Below are positions 9,653-19,487 of a stretch of 64,000 nt of DNA, in pieces. Each line of letters opens with the position of its first letter. The stretch's first letter is position 1. The notes below the pieces were generated by a model. It made no database searches, was not told the origin of the DNA, and saw only the letters and a list, made by a program, of their open reading frames with translations. This stretch comes from Cyanobacteriota bacterium (GTDB taxonomy: Bacteria > Cyanobacteriota > Vampirovibrionia > Gastranaerophilales > Gastranaerophilaceae). A program made the position numbers and the translations under genes. The stretch lies in the NCBI GenBank assembly GCA_050873965.1, contig JBNMJS010000002.1:6961-70960 (forward strand). The letters are read 5' to 3'.

Positions 9653-11090
9653 TAATAGTCAATCAATTCATATAAAAAAAGATATATTAGTTAGAATTGT
9701 GGAAGCATTTTTCTCTGATGATTTTGAAAATAATGTTAATAAAATCCCTGTAGAAATGCGTCCAAAAGGTTCAGAAACACCTTATAGATGTTGTATTCAC
9801 AGCGAACGTGCAATTATTCGTGATAGAGCAATTGCCGATTTAGGTTTTGCTATGGAAGATGATGATGAAGTTAAATCTTTAGCTGATTATGCAAAAGATG
9901 CTTTGAAACGTGAAAAACCAGAAGAAAGACCATTAACAGTATTAGAAGATGCTTGTAAGGGTTGTGTACCAAGCAAAATCTTTGTTACTGATTTGTGTAA
10001 GGGGTGTGTTGCTCGTCCTTGTCAAAGTGCATGCAGATTGGGTGCAATATCAATGAAAGATGGACGTTCTTATATTGATGGTTCTAAATGCAAAGGTTGC
10101 AAAATGTGTGTTGCAGCATGTCCTTACAATGCTATTGTAAAACTTGCAGTGCCTTGTGAAGATGCTTGTCCTGTCGGGGCAATCACAAAGAATGAAAATG
10201 GTAGAGCAACTATTGATTATGATGAATGTATTTCTTGTGGAAAATGTGTTGCAAATTGTCCATTTGGAGCAATTCACGAAAAAAGTCAAATGGTTGATAT
10301 TTTGCGTGATATGAAATCTGGCAAAAAAGTCGTTGCTATGTTTGCTCCATCTATTGTTGGACAGTTTCCAGGTAATATGAAACAATTGGAAACTGCAATG
10401 ATTAAGGCAGGATTTAATGATGTTTTTGAAGTAGCATTAGGTGCAGATGTTACGACCAAGAATGAGGGTGCAGAATTTGAAGAAAGAATGGAATCAGGTG
10501 AAGCCTTTATGACTACATCTTGTTGTGCCGGTTATAATGAATTAGTAAAAAAACATATTCCTGATTTAAAACCGTTTGTATCTTCTACTCATACACCAGC
10601 ATATTATACGGCTGAGATTGTTAGAGAAAAATATCCTGATGCTAAGATTGTGTTCATTAGCCCTTGCGTTGCAAAACGTAGAGAAGTTTTTGATAATCCG
10701 AACATTGATTACGTATTGAACGCAGAAGAATTGGGAGCATTATTTATCGGTCGTAAAATTGAAATTCTTGATTGTGAAGAACGTATAATTGAAAATAATG
10801 CATCTAAACAAGCAAGAAATTTTGCTGTATCAGGTGGTGTTGCAGATGCCGTTAAACATGTTTTGAAAGATGCTGATATGATGAAACCTTGTGTAATAAA
10901 TGGTATTACAAAAGAAAGTATTAGAGATTTGAAAAAATATGCAAAAAATGGCTCTTGTCCTGATTGTAATATGATTGAAGTAATGTGTTGTGAAGGTGGT
11001 TGTGTTTGTGGAAATGCGACTATCAATAATGAACGCAGTGCAAAGAAAATTATAGGTGAATTACTAAAAGAAAGTGAAGATTTAAAATAA
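9645..11090 (+). CDS. [FeFe]-hydrogenase catalytic subunit (group B-like, monomeric type)
   Basis: Several 4Fe-4S ferredoxin Cys motifs plus H-cluster motifs TTSCCAGY, SPCVAKRRE and EVMCCEGGCVCG. ATG 9645 (10 nt after AAGAGG) is preferred to the TTG at 9636. Confidence 0.8.
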   Translation: MSNNSQSIHIKKDILVRIVEAFFSDDFENNVNKIPVEMRPKGSETPYRCCIHSERAIIRDRAIADLGFAMEDDDEVKSLADYAKDALKREKPEERPLTVLEDACKGCVPSKIFVTDLCKGCVARPCQSACRLGAISMKDGRSYIDGSKCKGCKMCVAACPYNAIVKLAVPCEDACPVGAITKNENGRATIDYDECISCGKCVANCPFGAIHEKSQMVDILRDMKSGKKVVAMFAPSIVGQFPGNMKQLETAMIKAGFNDVFEVALGADVTTKNEGAEFEERMESGEAFMTTSCCAGYNELVKKHIPDLKPFVSSTHTPAYYTAEIVREKYPDAKIVFISPCVAKRREVFDNPNIDYVLNAEELGALFIGRKIEILDCEERIIENNASKQARNFAVSGGVADAVKHVLKDADMMKPCVINGITKESIRDLKKYAKNGSCPDCNMIEVMCCEGGCVCGNATINNERSAKKIIGELLKESEDLK

Positions 11091-11113
11091 AAATTTAACT
11101 TTTTTTAATTATA

Positions 11114-11146
11114 AAAAGACACTCTTATTGGGTGTCTTTTTATTTT
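11114..11146 (+). terminator. Rho-independent terminator of the hydrogenase cluster
   Basis: AAAGACAC-TCTTATTGG-GTGTCTTT followed by a T-run. Confidence 0.6.
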
Positions 11147-11239
11147 ATTACGAATTGTAACAAATAAAATAAAATTTTTTGATTTTTTGTAAATACTTAT
11201 TAAAAAAAATACTTAATAGATATATAGGTTAAGTAGTGT

Positions 11240-12040
11240 ATGAATTTTAGTGTGTATAATAATACGTTCCCCATAGGCTCACTCTATGCCAACATGACTT
11301 CAGGCATCAAGTCTTCAATGCCAGTAAACTTTAAGCATGATGCAGTTTCTGTTGGTAGAGATTTAGATAAACTCCTAGATAACGGTGTTATTGCTGATAT
11401 GATAAATTCTAACCCAGTAATCACTAAAATGTTAAAGGATAAAAATATTCAGCCTAAAATTGATGTAGAAAACTTTAAAAAGACTACATATCAACATTGT
11501 ATGGATACACGAAATAATGCAGCAGGTATTTATAACTATTTACCTGTTGATTTAAAAGCAGATGCTAATATTAAATATATTCAAAAAGGTGCATTATTAC
11601 ACGATATTGGAAAAATTTTAATTCCATCTAAAATCCTTAACAAAAATGGTAGATTAACACCAGAAGAAGCAGAAGTTATGCATTTACATTCAAAACTAAG
11701 TGATGCAATGTTATCTACTCAAAATATTGAACCAGAAGTTTTGAATATTGTAAAATATCATCATCAAAATAAAAAAGGTACAGGTTATCCTGAAATAAAA
11801 AATACAATTGCAGGTTTTGATGTTAATACAGAGGTTGTAGCCTTAGCAGATAAATATGCTGCTTTAAAAGAAAAACGTTCTTATAAAGCACCAATGTCAG
11901 ATGAACAAGCATTATCTATTATAAAAGAACAAGTTGATAAAGGTGAGATAAATCCAAGAGTATTTAATGCATTAGTAGGTTTTGTAAATAGTAAAACAGC
12001 CGTTCCTAATGTTGTAAAAGGAACAGCTGCTGTTGCTTAA
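11240..12040 (+). CDS. HD-GYP domain protein (putative c-di-GMP phosphodiesterase) with unknown N-terminal region
   Basis: LLHDIGKILIP, HLHS and YHHQNKKGTGYPE (HD...HHExxDGxGYP-type). The first ~110 aa have no recognisable REC/GAF domain. Confidence 0.8.
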   Translation: MNFSVYNNTFPIGSLYANMTSGIKSSMPVNFKHDAVSVGRDLDKLLDNGVIADMINSNPVITKMLKDKNIQPKIDVENFKKTTYQHCMDTRNNAAGIYNYLPVDLKADANIKYIQKGALLHDIGKILIPSKILNKNGRLTPEEAEVMHLHSKLSDAMLSTQNIEPEVLNIVKYHHQNKKGTGYPEIKNTIAGFDVNTEVVALADKYAALKEKRSYKAPMSDEQALSIIKEQVDKGEINPRVFNALVGFVNSKTAVPNVVKGTAAVA

Positions 12041-12053
12041 TTTATTGAATTAT

Positions 12054-13397
12054 CTATTTATCTTTTAAGAAAGATTCATAGTTTTTCGCTAATAAGTGTG
12101 TTCTAACTTGGTTAATTAAATCAAGTGCAACACCAACCATGATGATTAGAGATGTAGCACCAATACCTTGAACAGTTGTTATTTTGGTAACATAACTTGC
12201 AAATGATGGTACCAATGCAATAACACCGAGAGCCAAAGCTCCAATAAATGTTACTCTTGATAAAATCTTATCTAATGCATCAGAGGTTGGTTTACCAGGT
12301 TTTATACCAGGAATAGATGAACCATATTTTTTAAGATTAGTAGCAATCTCTTTTGGTTGCATATTTGGCATAATTGATGCATAGAAGAATGTTAATAACA
12401 CGATTAATGAGAAATAAATTATGTAATACCAAGCACCTGATGGGCTGAACAATTTATTCATATTAAGAATAATAGTTCTAAGTGCTTCATTGTGAAGAGG
12501 TGCTTGTCCCAATACACTAAGAATAGTTGATGGGAATAACAATATTGCAATCGCAAAGATGATAGGCATAACACCACCTGGATTTAACTTGAATGGAATA
12601 AATGTATTTACTCCACCATAAACCTTGTTACCTACTTGTCTTTTTGGATTAACAATTATAACTTTTCTCATTGCTTCTTGCATAATTACAATCAAAACCA
12701 TTGTTGCAAAGAATATTGCAAGTAATGCAAACAATCCGAATTGCAACGTTGGATCTTGTGTAACTAATTCAGCAGTTCTTTGTGAATATAGAGGAATTCC
12801 AGAAATGATACCAACAAAGATGATTAAAGAACCACCGTTGCCGATACCGTGTTCTGTAATAAGTTCTGATAACCACATTACAAGAACTGAACCAGCAGTA
12901 AGTGATGTAATTGCACTAACGTAGAACATAGTGTAATTAACACCAGGTAATATTGCAGCTGGTAAGTGTGACATAAATACCATGAAAATTATTGATTGGA
13001 ATACAGCAAGTACAACTGTGAATAATCTTGTATATTGTGCAAGTTTTCTTCTACCAGCTTCACCTTCTTCTTTTTGAAGTTTTTCAAGAGAAGGTATAAC
13101 TACAGATACCAATTGAACAATAATTTGTGCAGTAATGTATGGACCAATACCCAAAGCGAAGATAGATACTTTACCTAATGCTCCACCTGAGAATAAGTCT
13201 AGGAAACCAATAATATTGTTTCCTGCTGCAATGTTTTGGAATACAGAGTTGTTAATACCAAATATAGGTACTTGGGCTCCGAAACGAAATGCAATAACCA
13301 TCAAAAGAGTAAAAATAATTTTATTCTTTAGTCCTGATGCATTCCACATTGCTGCTAAATCTGCACTTGTAGGCATTTTAATGTTTTGCATAGACAT
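12054..13397 (-). CDS. secY: Preprotein translocase subunit SecY
   Basis: 447 aa with 10 TM segments and typical SecY blocks (GIGPYITAQIIVQL, GGVMPIIFA). Located downstream of rplO. Confidence 0.95.
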   Translation of the reverse strand: MSMQNIKMPTSADLAAMWNASGLKNKIIFTLLMVIAFRFGAQVPIFGINNSVFQNIAAGNNIIGFLDLFSGGALGKVSIFALGIGPYITAQIIVQLVSVVIPSLEKLQKEEGEAGRRKLAQYTRLFTVVLAVFQSIIFMVFMSHLPAAILPGVNYTMFYVSAITSLTAGSVLVMWLSELITEHGIGNGGSLIIFVGIISGIPLYSQRTAELVTQDPTLQFGLFALLAIFFATMVLIVIMQEAMRKVIIVNPKRQVGNKVYGGVNTFIPFKLNPGGVMPIIFAIAILLFPSTILSVLGQAPLHNEALRTIILNMNKLFSPSGAWYYIIYFSLIVLLTFFYASIMPNMQPKEIATNLKKYGSSIPGIKPGKPTSDALDKILSRVTFIGALALGVIALVPSFASYVTKITTVQGIGATSLIIMVGVALDLINQVRTHLLAKNYESFLKDK

Positions 13398-13852
13398 TAT
13401 ACTAACTCAACCTTTCCGCCAGCGGCTTCAATTTTAGACTTTGCAGATGGTGAAACGTAAGCAGCTTTAACTGTGATAGCCTTGCTGATTTCACCGTTAC
13501 CTAAAACTCTTAAGCCATCGCTAGACGGATGTATTTTTTTGATTTCTTTTAATGATTCTAAAGAAATTTCTTTAACATCTAAGTCAGCCAATCTGCCAAC
13601 ATTGATTTCAGCCCAATTACGTCTGTTAATGATTTCGAAACCTTTAAGTTTTGGTAATTGTCTGTAACTTGGCATTTGACCACCTTCGAAACCTCTTTTA
13701 GCAGATCTACCAGAACGTTGACCTTCACCGTTATGACCACGACAAGATGTTTTACCGTGACCAGAAGCTCTACCACGTCCTACTCTTTTTGATTTAGAGG
13801 TTGCACCTTCAGCAGGTCTTAAATCTTCTAATGTAATTTTATCATTTGACAT
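13397..13852 (-). CDS. rplO: 50S ribosomal protein L15
   Basis: LRPAEGA..KRVGRGRASGHGKTS.RGHNG signature. Operon position between rpmD and secY. Confidence 0.95.
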   Translation of the reverse strand: MSNDKITLEDLRPAEGATSKSKRVGRGRASGHGKTSCRGHNGEGQRSGRSAKRGFEGGQMPSYRQLPKLKGFEIINRRNWAEINVGRLADLDVKEISLESLKEIKKIHPSSDGLRVLGNGEISKAITVKAAYVSPSAKSKIEAAGGKVELV

Positions 13853-13879
13853 TATTTATATCCTTCCTTTAATTTTTGA

Positions 13880-14065
13880 TTAATCTACGATAGATACTAA
13901 ATGAGAAACTTTGTTAACCATTCCCATTATTGTTGCACTGTCGTTGTGTTCAACGATTTGATCTTTCTTGCTTAGACCCAATGCTGCAACAACTTTTCTT
14001 TGAGCCGGTGATGAACCGATTAAACTTCTAACAAGTTTAATTTTTATTTGTTTTGTTTTAGCCAT
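13880..14065 (-). CDS. rpmD: 50S ribosomal protein L30
   Basis: 61 aa, IKIKLVRSLIG...Q..V..ALGL.K pattern, located between rpsE and rplO. Confidence 0.9.
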   Translation of the reverse strand: MAKTKQIKIKLVRSLIGSSPAQRKVVAALGLSKKDQIVEHNDSATIMGMVNKVSHLVSIVD

Positions 14066-14114
14066 TTTTATTTCCTTTATTATTTCATGTTTATCTAATA
14101 CTTAAAATAGCCGA

Positions 14115-14753
14115 CTAGTTTAATAATTCAGCCATTGTTAAACCACGTTTCTTAGCAACTTCACTAAATGGTGTTAATGATTTTAATGCTTCTAATGTAG
14201 CATTTGCAGCATTTAATGGAGAGTTAGATCCTAATGATTTAGATAAGATATTTTCGATACCAGCAAGTTCTAATACTGAACGTACAGAACCACCAGCGAT
14301 AATACCTGTACCTTGAGATGCTGGTCTAAGCATTACAGCACCTGCTCCAGAACGACCTGTAATAGGGTGTGGAATAGTTGTTTTGAAAATAGGAACTGTG
14401 ATAAGGTTTTTTCTGCCATCTGTAATTGCTTTTTGAATAGCGATGATAACTTCTGATGCTTTCGCACAACCAACACCAACTTGTCCTTTTTTATTACCAA
14501 CAACAACGATTGCTCTGAAACTAAGTTTTTTACCACCTTTAACAACTTTTGTTACACGGCTGATTTGAACAACTTGTTCAGACCATTCAGAAGCTGGTTT
14601 TTCTTCTTTTGTTTCAATTTTTTTCTTTCTGCCTCTAGATTTTTTAGCAGGTTTTTCAGTTGCAACTTCTGCTGTAATATCTTCTACAGTTTCAGTAGCT
14701 GCTTCTTTTGAAGTTTCTACAACTTCAACTTCTTTCTTTTCTTCTTCAGTCAT
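14115..14753 (-). CDS. rpsE: 30S ribosomal protein S5 with ~55-aa acidic/Lys-rich N-terminal extension
   Basis: Core [39 protein letters not shown]. At 212 aa it is longer than the ~165 aa I remember as typical. Confidence 0.95.
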   Translation of the reverse strand: MTEEEKKEVEVVETSKEAATETVEDITAEVATEKPAKKSRGRKKKIETKEEKPASEWSEQVVQISRVTKVVKGGKKLSFRAIVVVGNKKGQVGVGCAKASEVIIAIQKAITDGRKNLITVPIFKTTIPHPITGRSGAGAVMLRPASQGTGIIAGGSVRSVLELAGIENILSKSLGSNSPLNAANATLEALKSLTPFSEVAKKRGLTMAELLN

Positions 14754-15022
14754 TTTATACCTTTCTGATTTCTAAGTGTACTACGTTACATTTAGCCTTT
14801 ATTGTTTCTAAATATACCAACAATAGACCATTTAAGGTCTTCGGTAAATTATTTAGAGGTTTTACTTTTCTGACCTCTCTATAATATCTGAAACATAGCA
14901 TATTTTCAAGTCTTATTGTTAATCTATGTAACATTTTTTTTATTCTTTGAAATCATATCAAATAAAAAAACTTTATTTTTATGTAAACACGTAGTGAAGT
15001 GTACCTATATATAGAGGCAGAG

Positions 15023-18000
15023 ATGAACTTTAATAAAGATTTAATTCATAATCTTGAGGGTAAGAATATCTCAAGAACAATATCTGGAGTAAAATCGACA
15101 GTTGAAAAAGTTGCCGATGAACTTGTTGCTGGTACAAGTAAAGATATTTCAAAAGGTGTTGCAGCAGAAGAGTCAATGGGACGTGCTTCTTTTTCTATGT
15201 TGAATAAAGTTTCTCAACATGAATTATTTCAAAAAGTGGATACTCTTACTAAAAAATTGGGTTTGACTGATGATTATTATGTTAAAAGTTTAAAAAATGC
15301 TTGTAGTAATACTGATGGTACTTTAAATGAAAAATTTGTATCATTAGCAGAAGATTTTTATAAATTGGCTGATAAAAAAGATGAAAAATTAAAATTCGTT
15401 TGGGAAGGATACATTTCAAAAATGGTTGAACAATGTAAAAATCCTGATGGAACTGTTAATAAAGACGTTAAATCTTCTGTAGAACAATTATTAAAGCACG
15501 ATAAAGTTTCAGTTAGAGGTATCCCTGATATTATTGAAGGATGTACAAATTTGAAAAGAACTCGTGAGGGCCATTTTGTAAAAGAATTTGATAAAACAAC
15601 CTTTGATAAATTCAATGATTTTATGGATTTAAATGGCAAAACTATGTTTGAACAAGATGATGTTTTTACTTTGTATCTTGGAAGAACTTTAAAAGGTTGC
15701 AGACGAGAACGAGGTCAAAGACAACAAGGTGAAGATATTTTAGTTGATAATGTTGCATTTAATTTTGCTAAAAAAATGTATGAACAAGGCGAAGATGTTT
15801 TGGATATGGAAATGTTTTTGCATTCATTTAATACATACAAAGAAGAAATTGTTAATGGTTCAAAACAATATTTCTCTAGTGGTTTTGAATTTAATCCTAA
15901 TTTAAATGAATCTTGGGCAAAGAAAATGCTTGCAAGTTTAAAAGAATCTATTGGAAATGAAAAAATTATTGAAGCTTGTAAAGTCGATGGAAAAGATAAT
16001 TTTCACAATCTTTTAGTTGCTGATACATTAAAAAAAAATGCTGGTTTATATGACAAAGATTGGGGATGGAATTTAGATACAACAAGTATTATTAATAATT
16101 TGAAAAATGAAAATGGTATTATTCCAACTGATAAAATTACATATTTTTGTAAGCCATCTGATAGTTCTCCATTTATGCGTGTTTATGATATAAATGCTTG
16201 TACTAATAAAAATGGTACTGTAAATGGTATTATTTATGATAAAGTCCGACAAAAAGAATTGAGTTATAACAATTTGGATTTATGTCGTGTTAATGGTGAA
16301 ATTAACTATGATAATATTGATGTTTTAGAACATATACAAAAAACTGTTTTGCCAAATGGTCAAAAATATTATGATTATCAAGAACGAAAAATTTTTGAAT
16401 TGTTAAAAAATAAAGATGGTATTGTTGATAAAAAATTATTAGCACCGTTAGATGAATTGGCTGAAATTACGCATTTAGCACCAGAAGACTTGAAAGAATG
16501 TTTAACAGTAAATGGTGATGTTGATAGAACATTATTGGATTTGAAAAAAGATCTTATTGTAAAAGATGGCTATTCAGCTTCAAAATTACCATCTATATGT
16601 AAAAACAAAGATGGTTCTGCTAATTTGAATGGAATTGAGGTATTAAAAAATTCATTAAATGCTGAACTAGGTAAAGATGAAAAACTATTTAGAACTTTTA
16701 AAAATGGTGAAACTTATGATTATAAAGGTTTGAACGATTTTATAAGTGAGTATTCTAAAGCAGATAAACAGTGTCGTACAAATGCTTTGAATATGTCAAT
16801 TATAGGTGAATATAAGTCTGCTAATAATGATACAAGGAAGTATGATTTAGATGCTTTTAGAAATTATTTAGATGTGATGTCAAAACCAGATTTAGCACCT
16901 TTGATGCAATCTAGTACTAATGCAGAAATTGTAAAATCTAAAATTACTCCAAAAAGTTTTGATAAATACACTTCTGATGATTTGTTTATGTATTCTTATA
17001 TACCAAAAGATAGTGTAAATATTCTAGAAAAGAATGGTTATCCGGCTAGATTTTTCAGTGAATTTGGTAAAGAAAATAAATATTTTGTTGAAACATCAAA
17101 GGATATTGTTACAAAATTTGATAAAAGTTTTGTACAAGGTGACATATTGGAAAAACAATTGAAAGACGTTCAATTATCTGATGATGTAAAATCCTTGTAT
17201 TCTAGAAGTAATTTAACTGAAGATATTCATGAATTGTTGGATAATTTATCAGATGACAAGAAAAATGCTTTAACAAGAGCTTTTAAGATCGAATTTGGAG
17301 AACAAGGTATTGAGGGATTTCCTCAAAGATTTGATTTGAATACTGTTGCTCCAACTGGACTAGAAAAAGAATTTAAATCATTAAATGAAGTAATGAATAA
17401 ATTTTATTCTTCTGCTATAGAAACAAGTAATCCAGAATTGAAATCAATGTTTGAGGAATTATCTAATGGATTACCAGAATTTAGAATGCTTATAGGAAAA
17501 ACAAATGATGTTGGAGAAAGAATTGATTTAAAAACAATTAAAGATTTAAAAACTTTGGTATCGGATGTTGAATATAAAAAATTGTCACCAGAAGATAAAT
17601 CTGTTGCCAAGATGACAGTATTGTTGAAAAATCTTGAAAATGTTGATTCAAAACCAAATGTTGTCCAAAAAGTATATAGAACTGACAATGATGGATATGA
17701 AGTTAAAATAGATGCTGGTTGGAAAAAATCTGCAGAATATGCAAATGCTATTTTAGATAGATATAATATGCCAGAAAAAGACAAGTATAGAACAATTCAA
17801 CTGTTAAATGATGTTGGTTGGTCAAAAGAATTGGCAAATGGTGAAATAACCTCATTTGATGTTGCAATAAATCAACGTTATAAAGGTGATGAAGTTGTAT
17901 CTCCTTTGGTTGAAAAAGTTTTGACTGGTGAGTGCAAGTTTGATAAGTCTACAGTTATCAAAGAAACAAAAAATATTCGTAAAAATCAAGAAGTTTTGTT

Positions 18001-18703
18001 AACTTCAAAATTGGCAGATTTTGAACCATATATTGAAACGACTATTATTAATGGAAAAGAACTTAAATATGTTGATTTGAATAGACCTGAATTAAGAAAT
18101 AAACCTGTACTTGCTCATTTCTTAGGGTATGATTCAAAATTCCACACTTATAATATGTTGAATAATAAGGCATATCGTTCATCTTTCTCTGCATCAATTA
18201 TTAATGCTAATCAAAAGAGTAGTTGTTTTGCTGGACGTAATGAGGGATTAGCGTTTGCTGCTGATAATGTTAATGTAGCAAATGTTCATTATACGAATAT
18301 TGAATCAGGTTTTGGTAAACAATATGAGCATTTGAAAGAATCAATGAAATCAGGCTACAACAAAGATATTAAAGATACCGTAATGAAAGAGTTAAATCTG
18401 ACAGAAGATGAATATGCAGAACTAATGGAGAAAATTATTCATTCTGATGGAACAAAAGATATTACTGATTGTGTAATAAATGGTAAAAAATTATCACGAA
18501 CAGATATTATAAATGCTCATGAGTTGGGTATTTCCAATATTACAAATTATGCTAATCAAAATGAAACAACTGTAACTAATGCTAGACCTTTTGCAACAAT
18601 TGCAATAGGTGAAAACCTAAAAGATTATGATGTTTCTAATGCTGTATCAATAGCACAGTTTAATGATATACCGTTATTGTTTAAGAAAATCTCTAGGGCA
18701 TAA
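15023..18703 (+). CDS. Large orphan protein (1226 aa) with Cys-anchored Asx-Gly repeats
   Basis: Long uninterrupted ORF. ATG 15023 (MNFNKD...) sits 6 nt after AGAGG and is preferred to the GTG at 14999. No signal peptide, TM or known catalytic motif was seen. Confidence 0.7.
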   Translation: MNFNKDLIHNLEGKNISRTISGVKSTVEKVADELVAGTSKDISKGVAAEESMGRASFSMLNKVSQHELFQKVDTLTKKLGLTDDYYVKSLKNACSNTDGTLNEKFVSLAEDFYKLADKKDEKLKFVWEGYISKMVEQCKNPDGTVNKDVKSSVEQLLKHDKVSVRGIPDIIEGCTNLKRTREGHFVKEFDKTTFDKFNDFMDLNGKTMFEQDDVFTLYLGRTLKGCRRERGQRQQGEDILVDNVAFNFAKKMYEQGEDVLDMEMFLHSFNTYKEEIVNGSKQYFSSGFEFNPNLNESWAKKMLASLKESIGNEKIIEACKVDGKDNFHNLLVADTLKKNAGLYDKDWGWNLDTTSIINNLKNENGIIPTDKITYFCKPSDSSPFMRVYDINACTNKNGTVNGIIYDKVRQKELSYNNLDLCRVNGEINYDNIDVLEHIQKTVLPNGQKYYDYQERKIFELLKNKDGIVDKKLLAPLDELAEITHLAPEDLKECLTVNGDVDRTLLDLKKDLIVKDGYSASKLPSICKNKDGSANLNGIEVLKNSLNAELGKDEKLFRTFKNGETYDYKGLNDFISEYSKADKQCRTNALNMSIIGEYKSANNDTRKYDLDAFRNYLDVMSKPDLAPLMQSSTNAEIVKSKITPKSFDKYTSDDLFMYSYIPKDSVNILEKNGYPARFFSEFGKENKYFVETSKDIVTKFDKSFVQGDILEKQLKDVQLSDDVKSLYSRSNLTEDIHELLDNLSDDKKNALTRAFKIEFGEQGIEGFPQRFDLNTVAPTGLEKEFKSLNEVMNKFYSSAIETSNPELKSMFEELSNGLPEFRMLIGKTNDVGERIDLKTIKDLKTLVSDVEYKKLSPEDKSVAKMTVLLKNLENVDSKPNVVQKVYRTDNDGYEVKIDAGWKKSAEYANAILDRYNMPEKDKYRTIQLLNDVGWSKELANGEITSFDVAINQRYKGDEVVSPLVEKVLTGECKFDKSTVIKETKNIRKNQEVLLTSKLADFEPYIETTIINGKELKYVDLNRPELRNKPVLAHFLGYDSKFHTYNMLNNKAYRSSFSASIINANQKSSCFAGRNEGLAFAADNVNVANVHYTNIESGFGKQYEHLKESMKSGYNKDIKDTVMKELNLTEDEYAELMEKIIHSDGTKDITDCVINGKKLSRTDIINAHELGISNITNYANQNETTVTNARPFATIAIGENLKDYDVSNAVSIAQFNDIPLLFKKISRA

Positions 18704-19487
18704 CAACTAGGAAAGATTTTAGTTTTCTTCCTGTATTATCATTTTTTGTTCCAATTGATGTTACATGGACTTCATCTTTGTAGTCAAGTGATGTTGAACT
18801 TCCACCATCAAAAGCCATTGCTTTTTCCATTCCATAAGATTTGCATAAATCTCTTGATTCATAAATTGTCATTGGGTGTTCATTGGTAACAACGAATATG
18901 TGAACATTACCGTTTTTGATACCGATTAGAGTTCTAGCAGTTTTTACAAGAACAGATGCAGATTGTCTTGTTACTTTACCCTCACTATTTTTAACGATGA
19001 AAAACTCATCTTCTAATTTTAGTTGTGGAAGTAACATTGGTCCAGCTTGAGCCGAAGCGATAAGTCGTCCTTTGTATGCATCATTGTGAGGAGCAATATC
19101 ATAACAAGTTAAACCATTATGTAATGTTACTCGAAATTCTGTACGGTTAGATACTTTATCCCAGTTATCCATAATTGTTTCATTGAAAACAAGATTTTCA
19201 TTTTCAATAGGGCTTTCTTGTAAAATCCCGTCATTATAAACAAAAGATATAGTTTTTTGATTTTTAGGATCAAAGAATCCTGCATTAACTGTTAATAATG
19301 CTCCAAGTTCTTTATGAACTTCTTCATTTGTCATTAGTCTTTTCTTTGATACAAATTCTATTTTTGTACCTTCTGGAATAATTACATGATATATTCCATC
19401 AGAATATTCGCAAGTCACGTCTTGTGCTTTTACGTTGGTAATACCTAATAAACCAATAAATAGTAATAGTAATATTTTTTTTATCAT
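18693..19487 (-). CDS. Secreted phosphodiester glycosidase-family (NAGPA/DUF2233-like) protein
   Basis: Signal peptide MIKKILLLLFIGLLGITNVKA. Motifs VNAGFFDP and AMAFDGGSSTSL resemble the family signature. Start overlaps the upstream permease stop. Confidence 0.6.
   Translation of the reverse strand: MIKKILLLLFIGLLGITNVKAQDVTCEYSDGIYHVIIPEGTKIEFVSKKRLMTNEEVHKELGALLTVNAGFFDPKNQKTISFVYNDGILQESPIENENLVFNETIMDNWDKVSNRTEFRVTLHNGLTCYDIAPHNDAYKGRLIASAQAGPMLLPQLKLEDEFFIVKNSEGKVTRQSASVLVKTARTLIGIKNGNVHIFVVTNEHPMTIYESRDLCKSYGMEKAMAFDGGSSTSLDYKDEVHVTSIGTKNDNTGRKLKSFLVVMP

Noticed and set aside
15290-16740. Calling the repeats of the 1226-aa protein genuine dockerin or EF-hand domains
   Set aside because: The Gly position and loop length do not fit the canonical 12-residue EF-hand loop in most copies, and paired F-hand duplication is absent. 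I kept this only as a resemblance.
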